Origin: Auanema rhodensis
Lineage: Eukaryota; Animalia; Nematoda
Direction: 5' to 3'
Length of the DNA stretch: 64,000 nt
NCBI GenBank assembly: GCA_964057225.1
Contig: CAXKVF010000075.1
Coordinates: forward strand, 434,001-498,000
This document shows positions 42,790 to 58,359 of the stretch, piece by piece; the first letter of the stretch is position 1, and the number at the start of each line of letters is the position of its first letter. The notes beneath the pieces are model-generated. The model was not told where the DNA came from. It searched no databases and saw nothing but the letters and a program-made list of their open reading frames with translations. A program made the translations under genes and the position numbers.

Positions 42790-45650
42790 GGTGAATGGTT
42801 AACATGATTTTGAAATTTACGTGAACTTTAATTTATGCTAATTAAATGTACACGTGATGTGCACTTGGTATGTAACTCGCTTCACGTGAAAGATAAAGAG
42901 ATGCGGTTTTCAAAATTAGATTCCCCATGTCCATATTAGTCTAAAAACAAATTTTTATTGAAATTGGTTTATGGTAACCATGACTTTGAAATTTACGTGA
43001 ACTTTAATTTATGCTAATTAAATGTACACGTGATGTGCACTTGGTATGTAACTCGCATCACGTGAAAGATAAAGAGATGCGGTTTTCAAAATTAGATTCC
43101 CCATGTCCATATTAGTTTAAAAACAAATTTTATTGATATTGGTGCATGGTTAACATGATTTTGAAATTTACGTGAACTTTAATTTATGCTAATTAAATGT
43201 ACACGTGATGTGCACTTGGTATGTAACTCGCTTCACGTGAAAGATAAAGAGATGCGGTTTTCAAAATTAGATTCCCCATGTCCATATTAGTCTAAAAACA
43301 AATTTTTATTGATATTGGTGCATGGTAACCATGACTTTGAAATTTACGTGAACTTTAATTTATGCTAATTAAATGTACACGTGAAGTGCACTTGGTATGT
43401 GACTCGCTTCACGTGAAAGATGAAGAGATGCGGTTTTCAAAATTAGATTCCCCATGTCTATATTAGTCTAAAAACAAATTTTTATTGATATTGGTTCATG
43501 GTAACCATGACTTTGAAATTTACGTGAACTTTAATTTATGCTAATTAAATGTACACGTGATGTGCACTTGGTATGTAACTCGCTTCACGTGAAAGATAAA
43601 GAGATGCGGTTTTCAAAATTAGATTCCCCATATCCATATTAGTCTAAAAACAAATTTTTATTGATATTGGTTCATGGTAACCATGACTTTGAAATTTACG
43701 TGAACTTTAATTTATGCTAATTAAATGTACACGTGATGTGCACTTGGTATGTAACTCGCTTCACGTGAAAGATAAAGAGATGCGGTTTTCAAAATTAGAT
43801 TCCCCATGTCCATATTAGTCTAAAAACAAATTTTTATTGATATTGCTTCATGGTAACCATGACTTTGAAATTTACGTGAACTTTAATTTATGCTAATTAA
43901 ATGTACACGTGATGTGCACTTGGTATGTAACTCGCTTCACGTGAAAGATAAAGAGATGCGGTTTTCAAAATTAGATTCCCCATGTCCATATTAGTCTAAA
44001 AACAAATTTTTATTGATATTGGTTCATGGTAACCATGACTTTGAAATTTACGTGAACTTTAATTTATGCTAATTAAATGTACACGTGATGTGCACTTGGT
44101 ATGTAACTCGCTTCACGTGAAAGATAAAGAGATGCGGTTTTCAAAATTAGATTCCCCATGTCCATATTAGTCTAAAAACAAATTTTTATTGATATTGGTG
44201 CATGGTAACCATGACTTTGAAATTTACGTGAACTTTAATTTATGCTAATTAAATGTACACGTGATGTGCACTTGGTATGTAACTCGCTTCACGTGAAAGA
44301 TAAAGAGATGCGGTTTTCAAAATTAGATTCCCCATGTCCATATTAGTCTAAAAACAAATTTTTATTGATATTGGTGAATGGTTAACATGATTTTGAAATT
44401 TACGTGAACTTTAATTTATGCTAATTAAATGTACACGTGATGTGCACTTGGTATGTAACTCGCTTCACGTGAAAGATAAAGAGATGCGGTTTTCAAAATT
44501 AGATTCCCCATGTCCATATTAGTCTAAAAACAAATTTTTATTGATATTGGTGAATGGTTAACATGATTTTGAAATTTACGTGAACTTTAATTTATGCTAA
44601 TTAAATGTACACGTGATGTGCACTTGGTATGTAACTCGCTTCACGTGAAAGATAAAGAGATGCGGTTTTCAAAATTAGATTCCCCATGTCCATATTAGTC
44701 TAAAAACAAATTTTTATTGAAATTGGTTTATGGTAACCATGACTTTGAAATTTACGTGAACTTTAATTTATGCTAATTAAATGTACACGTGATGTGCACT
44801 TGGTATGTAACTCGCATCACGTGAAAGATAAAGAGATGCGGTTTTCAAAATTAGATTCCCCATGTCCATATTAGTCTAAAAACAAATTTTTATTGATATT
44901 GGTTAATGGTTAACATGATTTTGAAATTTACGTGAACTTTAATTTATGCTAATTAAATGTACACGTGATGTGCACTTGGTATGTAACTCGCTTCACGTGA
45001 AAGATAAAGAGATGCGGTTTTCAAAATTAGATTCCCCATGTCCATATTAGTCTAAAAACAAATTTTTATTGAAATTGGTTTATGGTAACCATGACTTTGA
45101 AATTTACGTGAACTTTAATTTATGCTAATTAAATGTACACGTGATGTGCACTTGGTATGTAACTCGCATCACGTGAAAGATAAAGAGATGCGGTTTTCAA
45201 AATTAGATTCCCCATGTCCATATTAGTTTAAAAACAAATTTTATTGATATTGGTGCATGGTTAACATGATTTTGAAATTTACGTGAACTTTAATTTATGC
45301 TAATTAAATGTACACGTGATGTGCACTTGGTATGTAACTCGCTTCACGTGAAAGATAAAGAGATGCGGTTTTCAAAATTAGATTCCCCATGTCCATATTA
45401 GTCTAAAAACAAATTTTTATTGATATTGGTGCATGGTAACCATGACTTTGAAATTTACGTGAACTTTAATTTATGCTAATTAAATGTACACGTGAAGTGC
45501 ACTTGGTATGTGACTCGCTTCACGTGAAAGATGAAGAGATGCGGTTTTCAAAATTAGATTCCCCATGTCTATATTAGTCTAAAAACAAATTTTTATTGAT
45601 ATTGGTTCATGGTAACCATGACTTTGAAATTTACGTGAACTTTAATTTAT
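42790..45650. repeat. Related blocks at a 12-monomer (2111-bp) offset, marked by a shared 1-bp deletion
   Basis: The T-run deletion at ~43128 and ~45239 (offset 12 x 176 - 1) has identical flanking variants in both copies (GAAATTGGTTT, GCATC, AGTTTAAA, GTTAACATGATT, GAAGTGC, GTCTAT). Confidence 0.88.
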
Positions 45651-48600
45651 GCTAATTAAATGTACACGTGATGTGCACTTGGTATGTAACTCGCTTCACG
45701 TGAAAGATAAAGAGATGCGGTTTTCAAAATTAGATTCCCCATGTCCATATTAGTCTAAAAACAAATTTTTATTGATATTGGTGCATGGTAACCATGACTT
45801 TGAAATTTACGTGAACTTTAATTTATGCTAATTAAATGTACACGTGAAGTGCACTTGGTATGTGACTCGCTTCACGTGAAAGATGAAGAGATGCGGTTTT
45901 CAAAATTAGATTCCCCATGTCTATATTAGTCTAAAAACAAATTTTTATTGATATTGGTTCATGGTAACCATGACTTTGAAATTTACGTGAACTTTAATTT
46001 ATGCTAATTAAATGTACACGTGATGTGCACTTGGTATGTAACTCGCTTCACGTGAAAGATAAAGAGATGCGGTTTTCAAAATTAGATTCCCCATGTCCAT
46101 ATTAGTCTAAAAACAAATTTTTATTGATATTGGTTCATGGTAACCATGACTTTGAAATTTACGTGAACTTTAATTTATGCTAATTAAATGTACACGTGAT
46201 GTGCACTTGGTATGTAACTTGCTTCACGTGAAAGATAAAGAGATGCGGTTTTCAAAATTAGATTCCCCATGTCCATATTAGTCTAAAAACAAATTTTTAT
46301 TGAAATTGGTTTATGGTAACCATGACTTTGAAATTTACGTGAACTTTAATTTATGCTAATTAAATGTACACGTGATTTGCACTTGGTATGTAACTCGCTT
46401 CACGTGAAAGATAAAGAGATGCGGTTTTCAAAATTAGATTCCCCATGTCCATATTAGTCTAAAAACAAATTTTTATTGATATTGGTGCATGGTAACCATG
46501 ACTTTGAAATTTACGTGAACTTTAATTTATGCTAATTAAATGTACACGTGATGTGCACTTGGTATGTAACTCGCTTCACGTGAAAGATAAAGAGATGCGG
46601 TTTTCAAAATTAGATTCCCCATGTCCATATTAGTCTAAAAACAAATTTTTATTGATATTGGTTCATGGTAACCATGACTTTGAAATTTACGTGAACTTTA
46701 ATTTATGCTAATTAAATGTACACGTGATGTGCACTCGGTATGTAACTCGCTTCACGTGAAAGATAAAGAGATGCGGTTTTCAAAATTAGATTCCCCATGT
46801 CCATATTAGTTTAAAAACAAATTTTTATTGAAATTGGTTTATGGTAACCATGACTTTGAAATTTACGTGAACTTTAATTTATGCTAATTAAATGTACACG
46901 TGATGTGCACTTGGTATGTAACTCGCTTCACGTGAAAGATAAAGAGATGCGGTTTTCAAAATTAGATTCCCCATGTCCATATTAGTCTAAAAACAAATTT
47001 TTATTGATATTGGTGCACGGTAACCATGACTTTGAAATTTACGTGAACTTTAATTTATGCTAATTAAATGTACACGTGATGTGCACTTGGTATGTAACTC
47101 GCTTCACGTGAAAGATAAAGAGATGCGGTTTTCAAAATTAGATTCCCCATGTCCATATTAGTCTAAAAACAAATTTTTATTGATATTGGTGCATGGTAAC
47201 CATGACTTTGAAATTTACGTGAACTTTAATTTATGCTAATTAAATGTACACGTGATGTGCACTTGGTATGTAACTCGCTTCACGTGAAAGATAAAGAGAT
47301 GCGGTTTTCAAAATTAGATTCCCCATGTCCATATTAGTCTAAAAACAAATTTTTATTGAAATTGGTTTATGGTAACCATGACTTTGAAATTTACGTGAAC
47401 TTTAATTTATGCTAATTAAATGTGCACGTGATGTGCACTTGGTATGTAACTCGCTTCACGTGAAAGATAAAGAGATGCGGTTTTCAAAATTAGATTCCCC
47501 ATGTCCATATTAGTCTAAAAACAAATTTTTATTGATATTGGTGCATGGTAACCATGACTTTGAAATTTACGTGAACTTTAATTTATGCTAATTAAATGTA
47601 CACGTGATGTGCACTTGGTATGTAACTCGCTTCACGTGAAAGATAAAGAGATGCGGTTTTCAAAACTAGATTCCCCATGTCCATATTAGTCTAAAAACAA
47701 ATTTTTATTGATATTGGTGCATGGTAACCATGACTTTGAAATTTACGTGAACTTTAAATTATGCTAATTAAATGTGCACGTGATGTGCACTTGGTATGTA
47801 ACTCGCTTCACGTGAAAGATAAAGAGATGCGGTTTTCAAAATTGAATTCCCCATGTCCATATTAGTCTAAAAACAAACTTTTATTGATATTGGTTCATGG
47901 TAACCATGACTTTGAAATTTACGTGAACTTTAATTTATGCTAATTAAATGTACACGTGATGTGCACTTGGTATGTAACTCGCTTCACGTGAAAGATAAAG
48001 AGATGCAGTTTTCAAAATTAGATTCCCCATGTCCATATTAGTCTAAAAACAAATTTTTATTGATATTGGTGCATGGTAACCATGACTTTGAAATTTACGT
48101 GAACTTTAAATTATGCTAATTAAATGTACACGTGATGTGCACTTGGTATGTAACTCGCTTCACGTGAAAGATAAAGAGATGCAGTTTTCAAAATTAGATT
48201 CCCCATGTCCATATTAGTCTAAAAACAAATTTTTATTGATATTGGTGCATGGTAACCATGACATTGAAATTTACGTGAACTTTAATTTATGCTAATTAAA
48301 TGTACACGTGATGTGCACTTGGTATGTAACTCGCTTCACGTGAAAGATAAAGAGATGCGGTTTTCAAAATTAGATTCCCCATGTCCATATTAGTCTAAAA
48401 ACAAATTTTTATTGATATTGGTGCATGGTAACCATGACTTTGAAATTTACGTGAACTTTAATTTATGCTAATTAAATGTACACGTGATGTGCACTTGGTA
48501 TGTAACTCGCTTCACGTGAAAGATAAAGAGATGCGGTTTTCAAAATTAGATTCCCCATGTCCATATTAGTCTAAAAACAAGTTTTTATTGATATTGGTGC

Positions 48601-51600
48601 ATGGTAACCATGACTTTGAAATTTACGTGAACTTTAAATTATGCTAATTAAATGTACACGTGATGTGCACTTGGTATGTAACTCGCTTCACGTGAAAGAT
48701 AAAGAGATGCGGTTTTCAAAATTAAATTCCCCATGTCCATATTAGTATAAAAACAAATTTTTATTGATATTGGTGCATGGTAACCATGACTTTGAAATTT
48801 ACGTGAACTTTAATTTATGCTAATTAAATGTACACGTGATGTGCACTTGGTATGTAACTTGCTTCACGTGAAAGATAAAGAGATGCGGTTTTCAAAATTA
48901 GATTCCCCATGTCCATATTAGTCTAAAAACAAATTTTTATTGATATTGCTTCATGGTAACCATGACTTTGAAATTTACGTGAACTTTAATTTATGCTAAT
49001 TAAATGTACACGTGATGTGCACTTGGTATGTAACTCGCTTCACGTGAAAGATAAAGAGATGCGGTTTTCAAAATTAGATTCCCCATGTCCATATTAGTCT
49101 AAAAACAAATTTGTATTGATATTGGTTCATGGTAACCATGACTTTGAAATTTACGTGAACTTTAATTTATGCTAATTAAATGTACACGTGATGTGCACTT
49201 GGTATGTAACTCGCTTCACGTGAAAGATAAAAAGATGCGGTTTTCAAAATTAGATTCCCCGTGTCCATATTAGTCGAAAAACAAATTTTTATTGATATTG
49301 GTGCATGGTAACCATGACTTTGAAATTTACGTGAACTTTAATTTATGCTAATTAAATGTACACGTGATGTGCACTTGGTATGTAACTCGCTTCACGTGAA
49401 AGATAAAGAGATGCGGTTTTCACAATTAGATTCCCCATGTCCATATTAGTCTAAAAACAAATTTTTATTGATATTGGTTCATGGTAACCATGACTTTGAA
49501 ATTTACGTGAACTTTAATTTATGCTAATTAAATGTACACGTGATGTGCACTTGGTATGTAACTCGCTTCACGTGAAAGATAAAGAGATGCGGTTTTCAAA
49601 ATTAGATTCCCCATGTCCATATTAGTCTAAAAACAAATTTTTATTGATATTGGTGCATGGTAACCATGACTTTGAAATTTACGTGAACTTTAATTTATGC
49701 TAATTAAATGTACACGTGATGTGCACTTGGTATGTAACTCGCTTCACGTGAAAGATAAAGAGATGCGGTTTTCAAAATTAGATTCCCCATGTCCATATTA
49801 GTCTAAAAACAAATTTTTATTGATATTGGTGCATGGTAACCATGACTTTGAAATTTACGTGAACTTTAATTTATGCTAATTAAATGTACACGTGATGTGC
49901 ACTTGGTATGTAACTCGCTTCACGTGAAAGATAAAGAGATGCGGTTTTCACAATTAGATTCCCCATGTCCATATTAGTCTAAAAACAAATTTTTATTGAT
50001 ATTGGTTCATGGTAACCATGACTTTGAAATTTACGTGAACTTTAATTTATGCTAATTAAATGTACACGTGATGTGCACTTGGTATGTAACTCGCTTCACG
50101 TGAAAGATAAAGAGATGCGGTTTTCAAAATTAGATTCCCCATGTCCATATTAGTCTAAAAACAAATTTTTATTGATATTGGTGCATGGTAACCATGACTT
50201 TGAAATTTACGTGAACTTTAAATTATGCTAATTAAATGTACACGTGATGTGCACTTGGTATGTAACTCGCTTCACGTGAAAGATAAAGAGATGCGGTTTT
50301 CAAAATTAGATTCCCCATGTCCATATTAGTCTAAAAACAAATTTTTATTGATATTGGTGCATGGTAACCATGACTTTGAAATTTACGTGAACTTTAATTT
50401 ATGCTAATTAAATGTACACGTGATGTGCACTTGGTATGTAACTCGCTTCACGTGAAAGATAAAGAGATGCGGTTTTCAAAATTAGATTCCCCATGTCCAT
50501 ATTAGTCTAAAAACAAATTTTTATTGATATTGGTGCATGGTAACCATGACTTTGAAATTTACGTGAACTTTAATTTATGCTAATTAAATGTACATGTGAA
50601 GTGCACTTGGTATGTGACTCGCTTCACGTGAAAGATGAAGAGATGCGGTTTTCAAAATTAGATTCCCCATGTCCATATTAGTCTAAAAACAAATTTTTAT
50701 TGATATTGGTTCATGGTAACCATGACTTTGAAATTTACGTGAACTTTAATTTATGCTAATTAAATGTACACGTGATGTGCACTTGGTATGTAACTCGCTT
50801 CACGTGAAAGATAAAGAGATGCGGTTTTCAAAATTAGATTCCCCATGTCCATATTAGTCTAAAAACAAATTTTTATTGATATTGGTTCATGGTAACCATG
50901 ACTTTGAAATTTACGTGAACTTTAATTTATGCTAATTAAATGTACACGTGATGTGCACTTGGTATGTAACTCGTTTCACGTGAAAGATAAAGAGATGCGG
51001 TTCTCAAAATTAGATTCCCCATGTCCATATTAGTCTAAAAACAAATTTTTATTGATATTGCTTCATGGTAACCATGACTTTGAAATTTACGTGAACTTTA
51101 ATTTATGCTAATTAAATGTACACGTGATGTGCACTTGGTATGTAACTCGCTTCACGTGAAAGATAAAGAGATGCGGTTTTCAAAATTAGATTCCCCATGT
51201 CCATATTAGTCTAAAAACAAATTTTTATTGATATTGGTTCATGGTAACCATGACTTTGAAATTTACGTGAACTTTAATTTATGCTAATTAAATGTACACG
51301 TGATGTGCACTTGGTATGTAACTCGCTTCACGTGAAAGATAAAGAGATGCGGTTTTCAAAATTAGATTCCCCATGTCCATATTAGTCTAAAAACAAATTT
51401 TTATTGATATTGGTGCATGGTAACCATGACTTTGAAATTTACGTGAACTTTAAATTATGCTAATTAAATGTACACGTGATGTGCACTTGGTATGTAACTC
51501 GCTTCACGTGAAAGATAAAGAGATGCGGTTTTCAAAATTAGATTCCCCATGTCCATATTAGTCTAAAAACAAATTTTTATTGATATTGGTGCATGGTAAC

Positions 51601-54600
51601 CATGACTTTGAAATTTACGTGAACTTTAATTTATGCTAATTAAATGTACACGTGATGTGCACTTGGTATGTAACTCGCTTCACGTGAAAGATAAAGAGAT
51701 GCGGTTTTCAAAATTAGATTCCCCATGTCCATATTAGTCTAAAAACAAATTTTTATTGATATTGGTGCATGGTAACCATGACTTTGAAATTTACGTGAAC
51801 TTTAAATTATGCTAATTAAATGTACACGTGATGTGCACTTGGTATGTAACTCGCTTCACGTGAAAGATAAAGAGATGCGGTTTTCAAAATTAGATTCCCC
51901 ATGTCCATATTAGTCTAAAAACAAATTTTTATTGATATTGGTGCATGGTAACCATGACTTTGAAATTTACGTGAACTTTAAATTATGCTAATTAAATGTA
52001 CACGTGATGTGCACTTGGTATGTAACTCGCTTCACGTGAAAGATAAAGAGATGCGGTTTTCAAAATTAGATTCCCCATGTCCATATTAGTCTAAAAACAA
52101 ACTTTTATTGATATTGGTTCATGGTAACCATGACTTTGAAATTTACGTGAACTTTAAATTATGCTAATTAAATGTACACGTGATGTGCACTTGGTATGTA
52201 ACTCGCTTCACGTGAAAGATAAAGAGATGCGGTTTTCAAAATTGAATTCCCCATGTCCATATTAGTCTAAAAACAAACTTTTATTGATATTGGTTCATGG
52301 TAACCATGACTTTGAAATTTACGTGAACTTTAATTTATGCTAATTAAATGTACACGTGATGTGCACTTGGTATGTAACTCGCTTCACGTGAAAGATAAAG
52401 AGATGCGGTTTTCAAAATTAGATTCCCCATGTCCATATTAGTCTAAAAACAAATTTTTATTGATATTGGTGAATGGTAACCATGACTTTGAAATTTACGT
52501 GAACTTTAAATTATGCTAATTAAATGTACACGTGATGTGCACTTGGTATGTACCTCGCTTCACGTGAAAGATAAAGAGATGCGGTTTTCAAAATTAGATT
52601 CCCCATGTCCATATTAGTCTAAAAACAAATTTTTATTGATATTGGTGCATGGTAACCATGACTTTGAAATTTACGTGAACTTTAAATTATGCTAATTAAA
52701 TGTACACGTGATGTGCACTTGGTATGTAACTCGCTTCACGTGAAAGATAAAGAGATGCGGTTTTCAAAATTAGATTCCCCATGTCCATATTAGTCTAAAA
52801 ACAAATTTCTATTGATATTGGTTCATGGTAACCATGACTTTGAAATTTACGTGAACTTTAATTTATGCTAATTAAATGTACACGTGATGTGCACTTGGTA
52901 TGTAACTCGCTTCACGTGAAAGATAAAGAGATGCGGTTTTCAAAATTAGATTCCCCATGTCCATATTAGTCTAAAAACAAATTTTTATTGATATTGGTGC
53001 ATGGTAACCATGACTTTGAAATTTACGTGAACTTTAATTTATGCTAATTAAATGTACACGTGATGTGCACTTGGTATGTAACTCGCTTCACGTGAAACAT
53101 AAAGAGATGCGGTTTTCAAAATTAGATTCCCCATGTCCATATTAGTCTAAAAACAAATTTTTATTGATATTGGTGCATGGTAACCATGACTTTGAAATTT
53201 ACGTGAACTTTAAATTATGCTAATTAAATGTACACGTGATGTGCACTTGGTATGTAACTCGCTTCACGTGAAAGATAAAGAGATGCGGTTTTCAAAATTA
53301 GATTCCCCATGTCCATATTAGTCTAAAAACAAATTTTTATTTATATTGGTGCATGGTAACCATGACTTTGAAATTTACGTGAACTTTAAAATATGCTAAT
53401 TAAATGTACACGTGATGTGCACTTGGTATGTAACTCGCTTCACGTGAAAGATAAAGAGATGCGGTTTTCAAAATTAGATTCCCCATGTCCATATTAGTCT
53501 AAGAACAAATTTTTATTGATATTGGTTCATGGTAACCATGACTTTGAAATTTACGTGAACTTTAAAATATGCTAATTAAATGTACACGTGATGTGCACTT
53601 GGTATGTAACTCGCTTCACGTGAAAGATAAAGAGATGCGGTTTTCAAAATTAGATTCCCCATGTCCATATTAGTCTAAAAACAAACTTTTATTGATATTG
53701 GTTCATGGTAACCATGACTTTGAAATTTACGTGAACTTTAACTTATGCTAATTAAATGTACACGTGATGTGCACTTGGTATGTAACTCGCTTCACGTGAA
53801 AGATAAAGAGATGCGGTTTTCAAAATTGAATTCCCCATGTCCATATTAGTCTAAAAACAAACTTTTATTGATATTGGTTCATGGTAACCATGACTTTGAA
53901 ATTTACGTGAACTTTAATTTATGCTAATTAAATGTACACGTGATGTGCACTTGGTATGTAACTCGCTTCACGTGAAAGATAAAGAGATGCGGTTTTCAAA
54001 ATTAGATTCCCCATGTCCATATCAGTCCAAAAACAAATTTTTATTGATATTGGTGCATGGTAACCATGACTTTGAAATTTACGTGAACTTTAAATTATGC
54101 TAATTAAATGTACACGTGATGTGCACTTGGTATGTAACTCGCTTCACGTGAAAGATAAAGAGATGCGGTTTTCAAAATTAGATTCCCCATGTCCATATTA
54201 GTCTAAAAACAAATTTTTATTGATATTGGTGCATGGTAACCATGACTTTGAAATTTACTTGAACTTTAAAATATGCTAATTAAATGTACACGTGATGTGC
54301 ACTTGGTATGTAACTCGCTTCACGTGAAAGATAAAGAGATGCGGTTTTCAAAATTAGATTCCCCATGTCCATATCAGTCTAAAAACAAATTTTTATTGAT
54401 ATTGGTTCATGGTAACCATGACTTTGAAATTTACGTGAACTTTAATTTATGCTAATTAAATGTACACGTGATGTGCACTTGGTATGTAACTCGCTTCACG
54501 TGAAAGATAAAGAGATGCGGTTTTCAAAATTAGATTCCCCATGTCCATATTAGTCTAAAAACAAATTTTTATTGATATTGGTGCATGGTAAGCATGACTT

Positions 54601-57600
54601 TGAAATTTACGTGAACTTTAAATTATGCTAATTAAATGTACACGTGATGTGCACTTGGTATGTAACTCGCTTCACGTGAAAGATAAAGAGATGCGGTTTT
54701 CAAAATTAGATTCCCCATGTCCATATTAGTCTAAAAACAAATTTTTATTGATATTGGTTCATGGTAACCATGACTTTGAAATTTACGTGAACTTTAATTT
54801 ATGCTAATTAAATGTACACGTGATGTGCACTTGGTATGTAACTCGCTTCACGTGAAAGATAAAGAGATGCGGTTTTCAAAATTAGATTCCCCATGTCCAT
54901 ATCAGTCTAAAAACAAATTTTTATTGATATTGGTGCATGGTAACCATGACTTTGAAATTTACGTGAACTTTAAATTATGCTAATTAAATGTACACGTGAT
55001 GTGCACTTGGTATGTAACTCGCTTCACGTGAAAGATAAAGAGATGCGGTTTTCAAAATTAGATTCCCCATGTCCATATTAGTCTAAAAACAAATTTTTTT
55101 TGATATTGGTTCATGGTAACCATGACTTTGAAATTTACGTGAACTTTAATTTATGCTAATTAAATGTACACGTGATGTGCACTTGGTATGTAACTCGCTT
55201 CACGTGAAAGATAAAGAGATGCGGTTTTCAAAATTAGATTCCCCATGTCCATATTAGTCTAAAAACAAATTTTTATTGATATTGGTGCATGGTAACCATG
55301 ACTTTGAAATTTACGTGAACTTTAAATTATGCTAATTAAATGTACACGTGATGTGCACTTGGTATGTAACTCGCTTCACGTGAAAGATAAAGAGATGCGG
55401 TTTTCAAAATTAGATTCCCCATGTCCATATTAGTCTAAAAACAAATTTCTATTGATATTGGTGCATGGTAACCATGACTTTGAAATTTACGTGAACTTTA
55501 AATTATGCTAATTAAATGTACACGTGATGTGCACTTGGTATGTAACTCGCTTCACGTGAAAGATAAAGAGATGCGGTTTTCAAAATTAGATTCCCCATGT
55601 CCATATTAGTCTAAAAACAAATTTCTATTGATATTGGTTCATGGTAACCATGACTTTGAAATTTACGTGAACTTTAATTTATGCTAATTAAATGTACACG
55701 TGATGTGCACTTGGTATGTAACTCGCTTCACGTGAAAGATAAAGAGATGCGGTTTTCAAAATTAGATTCCCCATGTCCATATTAGTCTAAAAACAAATTT
55801 TTATTGATATTGGTGCATGGTAACCATGACTTTGAAATTTACGTGAACTTTAAATTATGCTAATTAAATGTACACGTCATGTGCACTTGGTATGTAACTC
55901 GCTTCACGTGAAAGATAAAGAGATGCGGTTTTCAAAATTAGATTCCCCATGTCCATATTAGTCTAAAAACAAATTTTTATTGATATTGGTTCATGGTAAC
56001 CATGACTTTGAAATTTACGTGAACTTTAATTTATGCTAATTAAATGTACACGTGATGTGCACTTGGTATCTAACTCGCTTCACGTGAAAGATGAAGAGAT
56101 GCGGTTTTCAAAATTAGATTCCCCATGTCCATATTAGTCTAAAAACAAATTTTTATTGATATTGGTGCATGGTAACCATGACTTTGAAATTTACGTGAAC
56201 TTTAATTTATGCTAATTAAATGTACACGTGATGTGCACTTGGTATGTAACTCGTTTCACGTGAAAGATAAAGAGATGCGGTTTTCAAAATTAGATTCCCC
56301 ATGTCCATATTAGTCTAAAAACTAATTTTTATTGATATTGGTTCATGGTAACCATGACTTTGAAATTTACGTGAACTTTAATTTATGCTAATTAAATGTA
56401 CACGTGATGTGCACTTGGTATGTAACTCGCTTCACGTGAAAGATAAAGAGATGCGGTTTTCAAAATTAGATTCCCCATGTCCATATTAGTCTAAAAACAA
56501 ATTTTTATTGATATTGGTGCATGGTAACCATGACTTTGAAATTTACGTGAACTTTAAATTATGCTAATTAAATGTACACGTGATGTGCACTTGGTATGTA
56601 ACTCGCTTCACGTGAAAGATAAAGAGATGCGGTTTTCAAAATTAGATTCCCCATGTCCATATTAGTCTAAAAACAAATTTTTATTGATATTGGTTCATGG
56701 TAACCATGACTTTGAAATTTACGTGAACTTTAATTTATGCTAATTAAATGTACACGTGATGTGCACTTGGTATGTAACTCGCTTCACGTGAAAGATAAAG
56801 AGATGCGGTTTTCAAAATTAGATTCCCCATGTCCATATTAGTCTAAAAACAAATTTTTATTGATATTGGTTCATGGTAACCATGACTTTGAAATTTACGT
56901 GAACTTTAATTTATGCTAATTAAATGTACACGTGATGTGCACTTGGTATGTAACTCGCTTCACGTGAAAGATGAAGAGATGCGGTTTTCAAAATTAGATT
57001 CCCCATGTCCATATTAGTCTAAAAACAAATTTTTATTGATATTGGTGCATGGTAACCATGACTTTGAAATTTACGTGAACTTTAATTTATGCTAATTAAA
57101 TGTACACGTGATGTGCACTTGGTATGTAACTCGCTTCACGTGAAAGATAAAGAGATGCGGTTTTCAAAATTAGATTCCCCATGTCCATATTAGTCTAAAA
57201 ACAAATTTTTATTGATATTGGTTCATGGTAACCATGACTTTGAAATTTACGTGAACTTTAATTTATGCTAATTAAATGTACACGTGATGTGCACTTGGTA
57301 TGTAACTCGCTTCACGTGAAAGATGAAGAGATGCGGTTTTCAAAATTAGATTCCCCATGTCCATATTAGTCTAAAAACAAATTTTTATTGATATTGGTGC
57401 ATGGTAACCATGACTTTGAAATTTACGTGAACTTTAATTTATGCTAATTAAATGTACACGTGATGTGCACTTGGTATGTAACTCGCTTCACGTGAAAGAT
57501 AAAGAGATGCGGTTCTCAAAATTAGATTCCCCATGTCCATATTAGTCTAAAAACAAATTTTTATTGATATTGGTTCATGGTAACCATGACTTTGAAATTT

Positions 57601-58359
57601 ACGTGAACTTTAATTTATGCTAATTAAATGTACACGTGATGTGCACTTGGTATGTAACTCGCTTCACGTGAAAGATAAAGAGATGCGGTTTTCAAAATTA
57701 GATTCCCCATGTCCATATTAGTCTAAAAACAAATTTTTATTGATATTGGTTCATGGTAACCATGACTTTGAAATTTACGTGAACTTTAATTTATGCTAAT
57801 TAAATGTACACGTGATGTGCACTTGGTATGTAACTCGCTTCACGTGAAAGATAAAGAGATGCGGTTTTCAAAATTAGATTCCCCATGTCCATATTAGTCT
57901 AAAAACAAATTTTTATTGATATTGGTTCATGGTAACCATGACTTTGAAATTTACGTGAACTTTAATTTATGCTAATTAAATGTACACGTGATGTGCACTT
58001 GGTATGTAACTCGCTTCACGTGAAAGATAAAGAGATGCGGTTTTCAAAATTAGATTCCCCATGTCCATATTAGTCTAAAAACAAATTTTTATTGATATTG
58101 GTTCATGGTAACCATGACTTTGAAATTTACGTGAACTTTAATTTATGCTAATTAAATGTACACGTGATGTGCACTTGGTATGTAACTCGCTTCACGTGAA
58201 AGATAAAAAGATGCGGTTTTCAAAATTAGATTCCCCATGTCCATATTAGTCTAAAAACAAATTTTTATTGATATTGGTGCATGGTAACCATGACTTTGAA
58301 ATTTACGTGAACTTTAATTTATGCTAATTAAATGTACACGTGATGTGCACTTGGTATGT

